DNA of 64,000 nt from the human T2T-CHM13v2.0 reference genome, Homo sapiens (GCF_009914755.1 NC_060934.1); one strand, 5' to 3'. Shown: positions 13,403 through 29,430, counted from the stretch's first letter. The notes: generated by a model from the letters alone, not told the origin. Made by a program: numbers and translations.

Positions 13403-14479
13403 TTAAAAAATTTTTTACTTTAAGTTCTGGGATGCAAGTGCAGAATCTGCAGATTAGTTACATAGGTATACATGTGCCATGGTGGTCTGCTGCACCTATC
13501 AACGTGTCATCTAGGTTTTAAGCCCCGCATGCATTAGCTATTTATCCTGATGCTTTCCCTCCCCTCACCCACCCAACAACTGGCCGGATGTGTGATGTTC
13601 CCTTCCCTGTGTCCATGTGTTCTCATTGTTCAACTCCTACTTACGAGTGAGAAAGTGCAGTGTTTGGTTTTCTCTTCCTGTGTTAGTTTGCTGAGAATGA
13701 TGGTTTACATCTTCATCCATGTCCCTGCAAAGGACATGATCTCATTCCTTTTTATAGCTGCAGAGCATTCCATGCTCTATATGTACCACATTTTCTTCCT
13801 CCAGTCTATCATTGATGGGCATTTAGGTTGGTTCCATGTCTTTGCTATTGTAAATAGTGCTGCAATAAACATACGTGTGCATGTGTCTTTATAGTAGATT
13901 ACTTATATTCCTTTGAGTATGTGCCCAGTAATGGGATTGCTGGGTCAAATGGCATTTCTGGTTCTAGATCTTTGAGGAATCACCACAGTACCTTCCACAA
14001 CGGTTGAACTAATTTACATTCCCACCAACAGGGTAAAGCATTCCTATTTCTCCACAGCCTCGCCTATATCTGCGGTCTCTTGACTTTTTAATAATTGTCA
14101 TTCTGATTGGTGGGAGATGGTATCCATTGTGGTTTTGATTTGCATTTCTCTAATGATCAGTGATGTTGAGCTTTTATTCATATGTTTGTTGGACACATAA
14201 ATGTCTTCTTTTGAAAAGTGTCTGTTCATATCCTTTGCCCACTTTTTGATGGGTTTGTTTTTTTCTTGTAAATTTGTTTAAGTTCCTTGTAGATTCTGGA
14301 TATTAGACCTTTGTCAGATGGTAGACTGCCAAAATATTCTCCCATTCTGTAGGTTGCCTGTTCACTCTGATGATAGTTTCTTTTGCTGTGCAGAAGCTCT
14401 TTAGTTTAATTAGATTGTATTTGTCAATTTCAGCTTTTGTTGCAATTGTGTTTGGTGTTTTCCTCATGAAGTCTTTGCC
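13403..14479 (-). mobile_element. L1PA (about PA7-8), 5'-truncated
   Basis: ORF2 C-terminus ([23 protein letters not shown]) plus 3'UTR; TSD cttaag(c/t)at(a/g)ttctt at 13388-13402 and 14480-14494. Confidence 0.92.
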
Positions 14480-15317
14480 CTTAAGTATGTTCTTGATTAA
14501 CGTTATGCATGTCTCATAAGTGACGAAAAAATATTTCCAGGAATATATGCACATACATTTTATTTTAAAAATGTATATTCACTAATAAAAATAAAGATTC
14601 ACTAATAAAACTACCCACCACTAATGCAGATTCCATTTTGTATAGAATTTTTGTAAAATAATTGTATTAATGACTAAATATTAAAGTTTATTCACTTTTA
14701 AGCAGAAAAATTGCATTTTGTTAACTCTTTGATATCCTGAAGTGATTTTATTCTGGTTTAGAAAATAACTTCCCTTTTCCTCAAAATTAACAGACTTACT
14801 TTACACTTTGGACGTCTTCATTTGCTCATATTTCCAGCCAAATTTCAATATTAGGTACTATTAAGTTTTACTTGTCTTTCCCTTGATGTCTATATACCAG
14901 ATGTGTGATACCAAATGCCACTGGTTCTGCTGTGCAACTTGGGTTAAATTCCTTTTTTGAAGGTGTTGCACAATGTGTTCCTTTTGACTTACTTGTCTTT
15001 CTCTCTCTTTTCACGGATTTCGCCAGAGTTTCTTTGAAACTCCATTACAAGTCACAGTATTTATCTGAAACATTGCTTCTTTATGATCAATTTTAGAACA
15101 ATCCTGAAATCTCTCACATGCACTGGAAACTCAGTGCCAGTATACATAATCAGGGATGCCTATGGACAAGAGGAACTCATCTGTTTGTATAAGTTAAATG
15201 CCAGCATTTTAGGTTCATTCATGGACACATATAAGGAGAACGTGGAAAAAAAACAGGACAGAGAAAAATGTAACAGAAGAACCTAAAAATTTGGAATATA
15301 ATTATTGCTTTGAATAA

Positions 15318-15657
<340 letters not shown>

Positions 15658-15699
15658 TATTTTCTTTCTTTTATAACTCATTGGTTTCTATTTGTCTTC

Positions 15700-15930
15700 C
15701 AGTCTTCAGCTTGGAAGCCACTTCCCCCATATAAGCTTCTTGACCCATCAGGAATGAATTGGGTGACCCACCAGCTACCCAAAGAGTACCAGGTCACAGC
15801 CCCTGTTCAGCACTTAGCACCCTCCTCATCAGGGCCTATATGCTTGTCTGTCTTCCCATACAATGTTACCACCTTGACGCAGGGACAGTGCTGTGTTCAT
15901 TTTTGTATCCTCAGCACTTATTACAGAGAA
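15700..15930 (+). mobile_element. L2 3' fragment
   Basis: gcagggacagtgctgtgttcatttttgtatcctcagcactta. Confidence 0.55.
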
Positions 15931-15994
15931 AGTACTCAGTACAAGGCAATGCTTTGGGTATTTTGACGTGACTGCAATTTTGTCGAAAATGTAA

Positions 15995-16730
15995 CCTCGC
16001 TATGGTATAGAGTGGAGGTCTGCTAAATCAGCCTTGAAGACTACGGATTTGGAAGATCACAGATCATAAACCCTTAGGTTTATGGCTAAGAGTATTTAGT
16101 GATCTCTCTCATTCCTTTTTGCTTTCTATAGGAGGTAAGAGGAAAGCTCTGATTTTTTTGTGTCAACATTTGCAAGGCTGGAACAATGAAGTTTTATCAC
16201 TCTTGTTATTGTTGTAGTTTTAATTTTAAATGGTAGAGAATTCCAATGAGTTATCCTGTAACTTAAAAAAAAATTCTTCTCAAATGTTCCTCTTCCAGCA
16301 AAACACAAGAATAGAATCAGACTTATTTTCCCATTTGTTGATCTGCAGTTATGAACTGCTTTCATTGACAGGAAGGAGGACATTTGAGCTAAGGTGAAGA
16401 TTTTCACCTGGCCTCTTCCCAAAAGTTAACATTTAACTTGTGCAAAGTTTAGATTATGGGTTGGGGGCTGGGGAAGATGCCTGGTGGTGACTGCAGTGGG
16501 AAAACATGCACTCGTTTGTGTCTGCTTTTGCAAAACTAAAACAAAACAAAAAGAATAGCTTGAATCAATGTTAATGTTAAATGCGTATAAATGAACTCAT
16601 GCATTTTTCCTGTGACATGAACAATGCATGGATGATAGCTAAGCTCTTTCCTTTTGAGTATTTCTCCACTTAAGAGGCTTCGTAATGACTTGAATTGGCA
16701 GCTTTCATGTCCTTGATAGACCATTCATGT
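15995..16730 (-). pseudogene. Dynein-like exon remnant(s), AAA1 lid and AAA2
   Basis: QGHESCQFKSLRSLLSGEILKR; LIQAI..VHVF..GIFP (~LLRAL..VPLF..DLFP); VKIFTLAQM..RSTNGKISLI (Walker A, 16321-16344); NVDTKKSELSSYLL; LLAINLRV..SVVFKADLAD..TIAR (~LCLANGERI..LLFEVDDLA..TVSR). Confidence 0.7.
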
Positions 16731-18639
16731 GTCTCACAAATTTCTATTTTCGTTATTTTACTTGTTGAACAAACATTTAGTGAATGAATATTTGAATATT
16801 TATTTGTTGAACAAATATTTACCATAGCACCCTTGGTAAAACACAGGTTCCGTCATCACATGGACTTACCTTATGCTAGTTATTGCAATCATTCCTCAGT
16901 TGTTACAAAGATTTTTAAGCAAGCTACTGGCGTGATAGGAAGGTTCTGGGTTCAGTTAGGTATATGGAAAATGAGGCTGGAGTTGTAAATTGAAAAGGAT
17001 CAAACTCTGAGCTTTAAATTGGAAACAATTTGGCTCTTCTTACATCTGGAAGTCAAAAGGAAAGGCCATGTCAAGATTTCTTTATAAGATCCTGTGGGGA
17101 AAAAAAATAAATAGATCTAGAGGGTTTACCTTGTTTGGAGGTGAGCAGATTCATTTTTCCTCTTTAATTAATAACAGTAAGTATATTTCTTTGTTTCATG
17201 ATCAGGTATATTTTGCATGTATTTTCTGAGCAATGACTGTCAGTAATAAATATCAAATGGATTGGGATCACCTCTTTCTTTGCTCAGGTTTATTTTTATC
17301 AGCTCTGCTGTTACAAGCTACACCTGAAAAAATGATGGGAGCTGAAATATAGGGCCATGAAATGCAACAATAGCACTTTTCCAAGGGCAACATATAGGCT
17401 TTACTTAGCATTCAGCATTTGAAAACATGCTCATTATTTCAGTGAGATTAAAAACGTACAGGAATCCAAAAATATAAATTAGGAAGAGCTCAGAGCAAAG
17501 CATTTATAAATATGAGTGGTGAGAATGAAGATGACTTTGAGACACCTGATCTAGTTGGTCTCTCTCTCTCCAAAGTATTCATTTTTTTAAAAAAAAAAGG
17601 CCGACTTCGTAGAGTGAAGTATTTTACTCTCTGCATCATACCCTCAGCTGAACCACACTAAGCACTGGAGATACTCAACATCTGAATAATGCAGTCTTTT
17701 ATTATTTGCGGTTTCCTTGATAAGGGGTAAAAATTACATTTCAGATTCTGCTCTGTCTCTTACATCTTTGTTATAAATTGTCTCCAGATTAGTGTCATTA
17801 ATCATATTTTGTAGACAAAGAAATGAGATACACAGTAAGAAGTAATCTTCTAAGATTTTAAAAGTTTGAGAGATAAAATTAAGATTTTACTTTACCAAAT
17901 TCTAATTCATACCAATCTTTCAAGAAAACAAATTCAGTAATTTACAAACAATTTGAGGAAAAACAGTGGTAAAAATAGAAAAATGGCCTCCTCAGGTAGA
18001 TTTTATTTATTCATAATGAGATTGCTAAAATAATTTATTATAATTACTTACTGCTATCTAAGTTAATGCTGATATTAAAAAAGTGTTTTTATTTTAAGGA
18101 GCAAATTATATACAGCTGACTTGAAGGCATACTCAAAAAATTTGGTTGCAGTGAAATAGTAATTCCATATTTGTATTTTATATTCATTTACTATAAAACA
18201 TCCTCTACTATGGAGACTTTATCTAAAGTCAGATTCGATGCTTCAAATACTGAAGACATAAGCAAAATGCTCTCTTGCCTACAAGGAGTTGGCTTTTCTG
18301 TCTTCCTTAAGGATTATCTAGTGGAGGTGGGAATAAGTTTTGGACTCTAATTCTCCACTAACCTGAAATTACATGTGATGTGCATGGGCCTATTGATCTG
18401 AATTAATGACCTTTATGCTATACTACTCAGAAATTATAGCTTTAAAAAATGACATAAGCAGGTTTGCAAGATAGAAAGAAAATTACTCAGGGCCAAGAAA
18501 TGAAGAAAGAATGATAACCAGAGGAGCAAGTCTATGAACTGACACTGAGTGATGTGAGCTTTATGCATATTTGGGGGCTGACTTTATACTGCCTGCAGGC
18601 TTGGGAATTAAAAGGTAGAAACAAAACATTAAAAACTGG

Positions 18640-21010
18640 TCTCAGGTGGTACACTAAAGAAGGGTACACTAAACCTAAAGCTAGCAGAAGATAAAAAGTA
18701 GAGTGAAAATTAATGAAACAGAAACAGAAAAACAAAAAAGAGAAGCAATGAACTGAAAGCTCTTTGAAAGGTCAACAAAATTTAGCTAAATGGACCAAAA
18801 ATAAATAAATAAATAAACAAACACTAAAACATATAAAATGAGGTTTGAAAAAGGGGACATTACTACTGACCTTACAGAAATAAAAGTTATAAAGGAATAC
18901 TGTAAACAACTGTATGCCAACACATTAATTTAGATGAAACAGACAAATTTCTAGAAAAACATAAACTACTACAGTTGATGCAAGGAGAAATAGAAAATCT
19001 GACTATCCGTGTGACAGGTAAAGAGAATGAATTAGTAATACTAGTGAATTCTACCAAACATAAGAAATAATTAATACCAATGATGCACAAATGCTTCCAC
19101 AAATAAAAAATAAGGAAACACTTCCCATCTCACTCTATAAGACCAATATTATCCTGGTACAAAAACCAAAGACATCACAACAAAGGCAAACTAGCTACCA
19201 ACATCTCTTATGAATATAGGTGCAAAACTCCTCAACAGAATACTAGCAAACTAATTCCAGCAACATATAACAAGGATTATACACCATGACAAATTGCAAA
19301 ATATCTTGGGAATGCAAGATTGGCTTAACTTCAGAAAATCAATTAATAAAATAACTTATATCTAACACTACATCACAAGGAACTAGAAAAAATTAAGAAA
19401 CTAAGCCCAAAGTTAGCAGAGAAAGGAAATAATAATGATTCCAGCAGAAAGAGAGAAAATAGCAAATAGAGGAAAATAAAAAAAAAAGAAACTGAGTTGA
19501 TTTTCTTGAAAAGATCAACAAAACTAACAAAAATCTAGCTAGATTAAGAAAAAAAGAGACAACTCAAATAAAATCAGAGAAGAAAGAGGAAAAATTACAA
19601 CTCATGTTGTATATACATCAATTTATATTGATATATTTATAGATATAAACACTGATATATATATATCAGTATATTATAGCATGCTATATATATATATATT
19701 TATGGTTCCACATATGCTATGACAAAAGCAAGTGTCCACAAAGCTGTTGTATTAGGCACAAAGCAGTTATAAAACTCCTCTCAGGTCCAGTGGCTAGTAA
19801 ATATTGGAGCATGATTGAACCAGATAATTCAGCTCTAGAAATCCTGTTCTTGATAACCATGTCATATTGAACATAAGAAGCTACATTAACTTGACAAAGG
19901 ATGGCCACTAGCAACCTCTAAAAACATCATAATTAATTGTGAAGTATTAGTGATAATCCCCTTAAAGCCAGGTAGATGACAAAGTGTTTGCTTTCACAAT
20001 TTCTACTCAAATAATAGCAAAAAATAGGATAAGAAAATTGAAGGAAGTATACGGATTAAAAACAAAGTCATGAAACTAACCTCATATTTAAATTATGCAA
20101 CTATTTACATACAACTTTTCCATAGAAAATCTCAGAAAAACCGATAAAGCTAGTAAGACAAATCAGTGAAGTTAAGATACGAATTCGATGTACAAAACCA
20201 ATAACATCCTAAGCTGTAATTATTCCAAAACAGAATTTTAAAATAAAATTTATAATAGATGCAAGAACTCTCATGTAAGTAAAAAATAAATCTCTTAAAA
20301 GATGAGTAAGATCATAATGTAGGAAACTATAAAATTTGAATTGAGAAACTCAAAGATCACAGTAAATTTAGATATTTACCGTATTTGTGTGTTTAGCCAT
20401 TCAATATTACAATGCTAACAATCAACATTAGTACTAGCAAAATCTCAACAGCTTTTACATAGAACTAGACAAGCTGATTCTAAAATTATAAAAAAGAAAA
20501 TAGAGCCAAGATATGCAAGAGAAGTTTGATAAAAAAGAGAAAGGCAGAAACTCATCCTAACAAAGCAAAAATAAACCATGATCACACAATATAATATTGA
20601 TACAGGAATACTCATAAATACTGAAATAGACAAATGGAACACACACTTAAAAATTTTAGAATAAAGACATATCAATAGGGAAGATTTTTTAAGAAGCCAC
20701 AGTAAACCACAAATAAAAGAGGAAAAGAGAAAATTTCTATTTAAAGAAACACTAGAAACACAAGGTATACACATTTGAAGAATATGAAAGGTATTAGTAT
20801 CTAATATACATGTATAAATCTACACATCAATGTTTCTACATTATATAACCAAGTAAGAAAAATGGGAAAAAGATATATGAGTAAGAAGTAAAAGAAAAAT
20901 CTAAATAGCTAAATTCTGTATTTTAAAAATGCTTTACCTCACTAGCAATTAGAGAGATCAAAACAATACCAAAAATGAGGTATCACTTCAAATCCTCAGA
21001 CTGGCAAAAA
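18640..21010 (+). mobile_element. Old L1M ORF2 fragments (several pieces)
   Basis: Degenerate ORF2 motifs (aacaactgtatgccaac, gcaaaactcctcaacagaatactagcaaac, agaactagacaagctgattctaaaatt). Confidence 0.8.
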
Positions 21011-21195
21011 TTATTAAATTATTTTTAAAACTTTGGTTTTATATTTATTTGTAAAGTATTTTTGCAGAGTAAGAACACTAAACTTTTAACCAGTTATGTT
21101 GTAAATATTTTCTTCATTTTAATATTTTGACCATATACCTTTTTCCATGAGAAATTTTTAATTTTTATGAAGTCAAAATTTTCTAATGCTTTTCT

Positions 21196-21467
21196 TTTTT
21201 CCCTTTTTTAAAACCAAAGTTTTTATTACATAACATTTAATTGAACCATATTTAAAAGGTGATAAAACTGCTTTTTATTACTCAAAAAAAGAAGAAAGGT
21301 AACTAGTTTTAGAAAAGTTGTTGACTTCGCCATTTGATGGCAAACAGCCTTTAGAAAGCTTCAGTTGAAGGTGTTGAATTCACTTGCCCCATTTTCATTC
21401 CTCTCCATGAGTACCATGGAGTGCAGCTGCTTCTTATCAGCCATCTTGCCTCAATAGAAAAAACCTC
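21196..21467 (-). mobile_element. Chimeric retrocopy: old L1 5'UTR start (~105 nt) fused to non-L1 polyadenylated sequence
   Basis: TSD atgcttttct at 21186-21195 and 21468-21477. 5' part ggcaagatggctgataagaagcagctg...caccttcaactgaa resembles an L1P 5' end. AATAAA at 21222-21227 and a decayed A-tail at 21196-21209. Confidence 0.65.
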
Positions 21468-21643
21468 ATGCTTTTCTAATACAGTTTCATTCTTTTGTTT
21501 TGTATTTAAGCTTTACTGAGGTATAACTGGCAAATAAAATTGTATATATTCAAAGTGTATAATGTGATGATGTAAGTAATGCCTTTTGAAATGATTACCA
21601 AAATCAAGTTAATTAATACATCCATCACTTCAGTTACCAATAT

Positions 21644-21648
<5 letters not shown>

Positions 21649-21674
<26 letters not shown>
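21649..21674. repeat. (TG)n microsatellite within an antisense L1MA-like 3' end
   Basis: About 13 TG units. Confidence 0.9.
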
Positions 21675-21710
21675 ACCTGTGTGTGGTCAGGACACTTAAG
21701 ATATTCTCTT

Positions 21711-21831
21711 GCTGGGCATGGTGGCTCATGCTTGTAATTGCAGCTACTTGGGAGGGTGAGCATGAGGATGGCTTGAGGCCAGGAGTTTGAGACCAGCCTA
21801 GGCAACATAACAATACCCCACCTCTAAAAAA
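21711..21831 (+). mobile_element. FLAM / Alu monomer
   Basis: Single Alu arm ending in a short A-tail. Confidence 0.85.
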
Positions 21832-21879
21832 CTTTTAAAAAGAGATAAACTCTCGGAAGAAAATTTTAAGTATACATTT

Positions 21880-24400
21880 TCTCGTCAGATTGCACTGATC
21901 AGAATGCAAAGTGTAATGCTGAATAGAAATATTAACAGTGAACACTTTTGCTTTTTAGAACTAATGACAAACAGAATATTTTCAATACTTTACAATGCAA
22001 TGTAACGTTTCTTGTAGTTTTTTTTAGGCATTGTTCATCAGATTTGAATATTTCCTTTATTTCTAGTGTGTTGAGAGTTTTAAAAAATTGGTTTGGTTTT
22101 GCTGTTACCATGAATAGATGGTGAAATTTGTCATATGCTTTTACCACTTTTAGAAGTGTGCTTTGTAATCTCCAAGTATTTGAGAATGTTCCAACTATTC
22201 TTCTTTAACTGGTTTCAAATTTAGTTCCATTGTGGTGTGAGAAAGACACTGTAATTTCTATTGTTTTAAATTCGTTAAGGTTTGCTTTATGATCCAGAAT
22301 GTGGTCTTTCTTGGTAAATGTTCATTGTCAGCTTGAAAAGAATATTTATTCTGCTGTTGTCAGATGAAGGAGTTTGTGGGTGTCCATTATATACAGTTGA
22401 TTGATTGTATTGTTGAGTTTAATGATGTCCTTACTGATTTTCTGCCTGCTGAAACTATTTCTGATAGTGGGGTGTTGAAATTTCCAACTATAATAGTGAA
22501 TTCATCTACTTCTTGCACTTATATCAGTTTTTGCCCGTGTATTTTCAAGCTCTGTTGTTAGGTGCATACATATTAAAATTGTTATGTATTTGTGGATAAT
22601 TGACCCCTTTATCATTACATAATGCACTTCTTTATTCCTGATAACTTTCCTTGCTCTGAGATCTATTCTGTCTGCAAGTAATATAGTTATTCCTGGTTTT
22701 TTTAAATAAAAATTTGATGTTAGCATTGTACTCAGACAAAGAAAGACATACCATGCTGATATATATTTTCTCTGGCTTCTTTCAGAATTTTAAATTTATC
22801 TTTGATTTTCTGTAGCTTGAAAATGATATGCATAGGTGTAAGTTTTTGGCATTTATCTCTCTTGGTGTTCCCTAAGCTGTGTAAATCTGTGGTTTAATGT
22901 GTGACATTAATTTGAGGAAATAGTCATTATTGTTCCAAATATTTCCTTTGTTTCTTTCTTCCTTTCCTTTCAATATTCTCATTACACATAGGATGTGATA
23001 CCATTTGGAGTTGTCCCACAATTCTTGGATATTCTGTTCTGGGTTTTTTTCCAGCTTTTTTTCTCTTTACTTTTCTATTTTGAAGATTACTATTTAGATA
23101 TCCTTTTTTTTTGTTTTGTTTTGTTTAGTCTTTTTTTTATTATTATACTTTAAGTTTTAGGGTACATGTGCACAACGTGCAGGTTTGTTACATATGTATA
23201 CATGTGCCATGTTGGTGTGCTGCACCCATTAACTCGTCATTTAGCATTAGGTATATCTCCTAATGCTATCCACCCCCACTGCCCCCACCCCACAACAGTC
23301 CCCGGTGTGTGATTCTCCCCTTCCTGTGTCCATGTGTTCTCATTGTACCTCAGCTTTGTCTAGTCTAGTAATAAGCCTATCAAAGTCAATTTTCATGCCT
23401 CTTCCAGTGTTTTTGATCTGTAGCATTTCTTTTTGTTCTTTCTTAGAATTTCCATCTCTCTGCTTGCATTGACCACTTGTTCTTGCATACTATCTACTTT
23501 ATCCATTAAAGCCCTTAGCATATTAATTAACCATAGTTGTTTTAAATTCCTGCTGTTATAATTAATTCCAACATCCCTGTCGTATCTGAGTCTGGTTTGA
23601 ATGCTTTCTCTGTTCTTTCAACTTTTTTTTTTTTTCCTTTTAGTATGTCTTGTGATTTTTTTCTTAAGAGCTGGACATTATGTGCTAGGTAAAAGGAACT
23701 GCTGAAAATAGGCCTTTATTTTTTAATCCAAGAATCACAAGGACAAGCATGAAAATAGGCCTTTAGTAAGTGGTGGTAAGGTGAAGAGGGTAGAGAAGCT
23801 CTCTATAGTCCTATAATTAGTTCTCAGTCTTTTAGTGAGCTTGTGCCTCTGGACTGTGAACTTCACACATGCTTCTCAGGTTTTTTTTTCTCTCCTTAAG
23901 TGGAACAGGATGGCTAAAGTGGCCTGGAATTAGTTATTTCCCTTCCTCCACACGGAAGGCAAGAACCAGCTGGAGTCAGGTATTTCTCTTCCCCAAGGTC
24001 AGTTAGGCTCTGATGAAACCCTAGCAGGTTAAACAGTTTCTCCTGAAAGCATATTTTATCAAAATGAACAGAATGCTCTGGTGTATTTCAAAATGGTTCC
24101 TTTCTCCCTTCTCCTGCAGGAAGCACAAGGGGATTTTTCTAGCATATTCACCTATGAACCTGGTAGAACTCTAGGAGATAAAACACAAAATTGTGCACCT
24201 CTTCCACAACGACTTGGTTACCCTCAAGTTTTTCTCTCTGAGACTTGTCTACACAATGCTTCCAACAGTTTGTTAATTATAGTTCAGCACTGGTAGCCGC
24301 AGAGGTTTCAGCTCCTGAATTTCTGTTCCAGTAAGTTGTGATTCTCTGCATCTGCCTATCAATTGCTTCAATTTTGGAGGGACCAGTTTGCCCTAAGACT
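21880..24400 (-). mobile_element. Old L1M fragments, with a nested L1PA 3' end at about 23130-23348
   Basis: Antisense endonuclease region (ARKVIRNKEVHYVMIKGSI); nested ttatactttaagttttagggtacatgtgcac. Confidence 0.8.
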
Positions 24401-24404
24401 TCAT

Positions 24405-24870
24405 TTTTCTTTTTTTTCAAATTTTATCATTATTATACTTTAAGTTTTAGGGTACATGTGCACAACATGCAGGTTTGTTACATATGTATACATGTGCCAT
24501 GTTGGTGTGCTGCACCCATTAACTCGTCATTTAACATTAGGTATATCTCCTAATGCTATCCCTCCCCGCTCCCCCGACCCCACAACAGTCCCTGGTGTGT
24601 GATGTTCCCCTTCCTGTGTCCATGTGTTCTCATTGTACAATTCCCACCTATGAGTGAGAACATGCGGTGTTTGGTTTTTTGTCCTTGTGATAGTTTGCTG
24701 AGAATGATGGTTTCCAGTTTCATCCATGTCCCTACAAAGGACATGCACTCATCCTTTTTTATGGCTGCATAGTATTCCATGGTGTATATGTGCCACATTT
24801 TCTTAATCCAGTCTATCGTTGTTGGACATTTAGGTTGGTTCCAAGTCTTTGCTATTGTGAATAGTGCCGC
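24405..24870 (-). mobile_element. Young L1PA 3' end
   Basis: ORF2 C-terminus IAALFTIAKTWNQPKCP..IGGN plus 3'UTR. Confidence 0.93.
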
Positions 24871-25059
24871 TATTTTCTTACGCATCTAAGAGTTGTTAGT
24901 TTTTCAGTTGGTTCAGCTTTTTACTTCTTAGGATGGTGTGGCCACTTTCAAGCTTCTGACACTCTAGAGCAAAAACCAGAAGTCAATATGTCTTAGAGAA
25001 AGCCTTCATGGCATACCCCACAGGGCCACAAGGAAGATACCAGGGTGGTCATTGATACA

Positions 25060-27090
<2,031 letters not shown>

Positions 27091-27099
27091 AAATGCTAT

Positions 27100-28185
27100 T
27101 TTTGTATTTCAACTTTTATTTTAGAAACAGGGGTACATGTACGGGTTTGTTACATGGGTATTTTGCATGATGCTGAGGTTTGAGGTATGGATCCTGCCAC
27201 CTTGGTAATAAGCATAACACCCAATGGTTAGTCTTTTTCACTCATGACACCCCTCCCCAGATGTATTAGTCTGCTCTCATGCTGCTAATAAGAACATACC
27301 CAAGACTGGTTAATTTATAAAGGAAAGAGGTTTAATTGACTCACAGTTCCACATGGCTGAGGACGCCTCAAAATCATGGCAGAAGGCAAAGGAGGAGCAA
27401 AGTCACATCTTACATGGTGGAAGGCAAGAGGGCATGTGCAGAGGAACCCCTCTTTATAAAACCATCAGATCTTGTGAGACTTATTCACTATCAGGTAAAT
27501 AGCATGGGAAGGACCCACCCCCATGATTCAATTATCTCCCACTGGGTCCCTTCCATGACATGTGGGAATTATGGGAGCTACAATTATGGGAGCTATGATT
27601 ATGGGAGCTACAATGGAAGTTGAGATTTGGGTGGGGACACAGCCAAACTATGTCACTGCACCAGTAGTCCGCAGTGTCTATTGTTCCCATGTTTATGTCC
27701 CTGTGTACCCAATGTTTAGCTCCCACTTATAAGCGAGGACATGTGTTATTTGGTTTTCTGTTCCTACAATAATTTGCTTAGGATTATGGCCTCCAGCTGC
27801 GTCCATGTTGCTGCAAAGACATGATGTTGTTCTTTTTATAGCTCTGTAGTATTCCATGGTGGCTATATACCACATTTTCTTGAACTAATCTACCACTGAT
27901 GGGCACCTAGGTTGATTCTGTGTCTTTGCTATTATGAATAGTGGAGTGTTGAACATACAAGTGCATGTGTCTTTTTGGTTGAATGATTTATTTTCCTTTG
28001 GGTGTATACCGAATAATGGGATTGATGGGTCGAATAGTTGCTCTTTTTTAAGTTTTTTCAGAAACCTCCAAACTGATTTCCACAGTGGTTGAACTAATTT
28101 ACGTTTCCATGAACAGCATATAAGCATTCCCTTTTTTCTGCAGCCTTGACAGCATCTGTTGTTTTTTGACCTTTTACTAATAGTC
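27100..28185 (-). mobile_element. L1PA/PB 3' end split by a THE1 LTR
   Basis: L1 3'UTR at 27100-27260 resumes at about 27660; ORF2 C-terminus KLVQPLWKSVWRFLKKLK. Confidence 0.85.
27262..27655. mobile_element. THE1 (MaLR) solo LTR
   Basis: tgtattagtctgctctcatgctgctaataagaacatacccaagact..gggtggggacacagccaaactatgtca. Confidence 0.92.
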
Positions 28186-28187
28186 AG

Positions 28188-28640
28188 TGAATGCTAATTT
28201 TATATGTCAATGCCAATGAACCGTAGGATGCCTAGCTATTTGGTTAAATATTACTTGGGGTATATCTGTGAGAGTGTTTCTGGATGAGATTGATATTTGA
28301 ATTGGTACACTGAGTAAAGAAGATTGCCCTACCCAATTGGGTGGTCCTCATCAAATCCACTGGAGGCCTGAATAGAATTTAAAAAGACTGAGTAAGGGAG
28401 AATTCACTCTCTTTCTCTAACTGGCTTTGAACTGAAACATTGGTCTCCTTCATGCCTTCAGACCCAGTTCAACTCTGGTCTTTGGACTAGGACTGGGACT
28501 ATACTACTGGCTCTTCTGGGTCTCTAAGTTCTTGACTACAGATCTTCAGACTTTGCTGCTTCCACAATTCCATATTTTATATCTATCTCATGTATATGTA
28601 ATATGTCTCATATGGTTCTGTTTCTCTAGGAATCCAATTA
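28188..28640 (+). mobile_element. MLT2 LTR
   Basis: gctaattttatatgtcaa..gtgtttctggatgagatt..ggttctgtttctctaggaatcc. Confidence 0.85.
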
Positions 28641-29430
28641 TTTTAATGCCAATAATTTTTCTAGAAGATAATTTTAAGGATAAGTTTTTCAAATTGGTTC
28701 TGGGGTGTCTGGAATTGATTATCTAAACTAATTAGATATATAAATGTTAATAACTTTATTTCTAATCATTATGAAGGCACTGACAGTCCACGGAATGACC
28801 AGGCAATAGAGATAGACAAAATATCTCCATTAGATATCCTAATCAACCACTTATAAAAAGCATAGAGGTGGGTGACTGTCTATATAATAGTTCCAAATAT
28901 TTTTGGAAAACTAATTAATATAATAAGGTTGGTTGGTTGTTCCTAATGTCACTGGATAAAGTGGGGAAAGAAAAGAATGAGCTCAGTGATTTGTATTCCA
29001 AGTTCAAGTGCTACATAAATGAATTGAAGGTTTGTATGTGTGCCCTGAACGAGACGTTTATCTCTGGCAGCTACAACACTGAGACTGGTGAAAATCAAAT
29101 TCAGAATCTCATTCTGCACCTGTTTGAAAACAATGCAAGTTGAACTTTCAGCCAAAAAATATCTACTTTTATAGTGAGAGTACTGATTGGGAAAGAATGA
29201 GATCCTATAAGTTGGAAGGGGGAAATGTGGGAAAACTCTGATGAAGCAGGGAATACTGAGTCTCTAAATCTGATGAATCTTCTTTGCCAGTGGAAGTGGC
29301 CTCTCCTTCCCAGTAGAACTAGCCTCTCCACTCTTAGTAGTATTGGCTTATCCACCCTCAGTGAAAGCAGCCTTTCCATTTCTTTCTGAGGAAATTAATC
29401 CTGCAGTGCCCAAGGAAACTCTAATGCTTC
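28641..29430 (+). mobile_element. ERVL internal (gag) fragment adjoining the MLT2 LTR
   Basis: VGWLFLMSLDKVGKEKNELSD and gagtactgattgggaaagaatgagatcct..gggaaatgtgggaaaactctgatgaagcaggg resemble HERV-L gag. Confidence 0.85.

Noticed and set aside
16536-16560. Splice acceptor at 16536 starting a separate exon
   Set aside because: The dynein-like reading frame runs in-frame through this point from 16724, so it is more likely an internal stop within one exon.
17270-17420. Exon remnant AYMLPLEKCYCCISWPYISAPIIFSGVACNSR as the end of AAA1
   Set aside because: Position is plausible but similarity is too weak to call.
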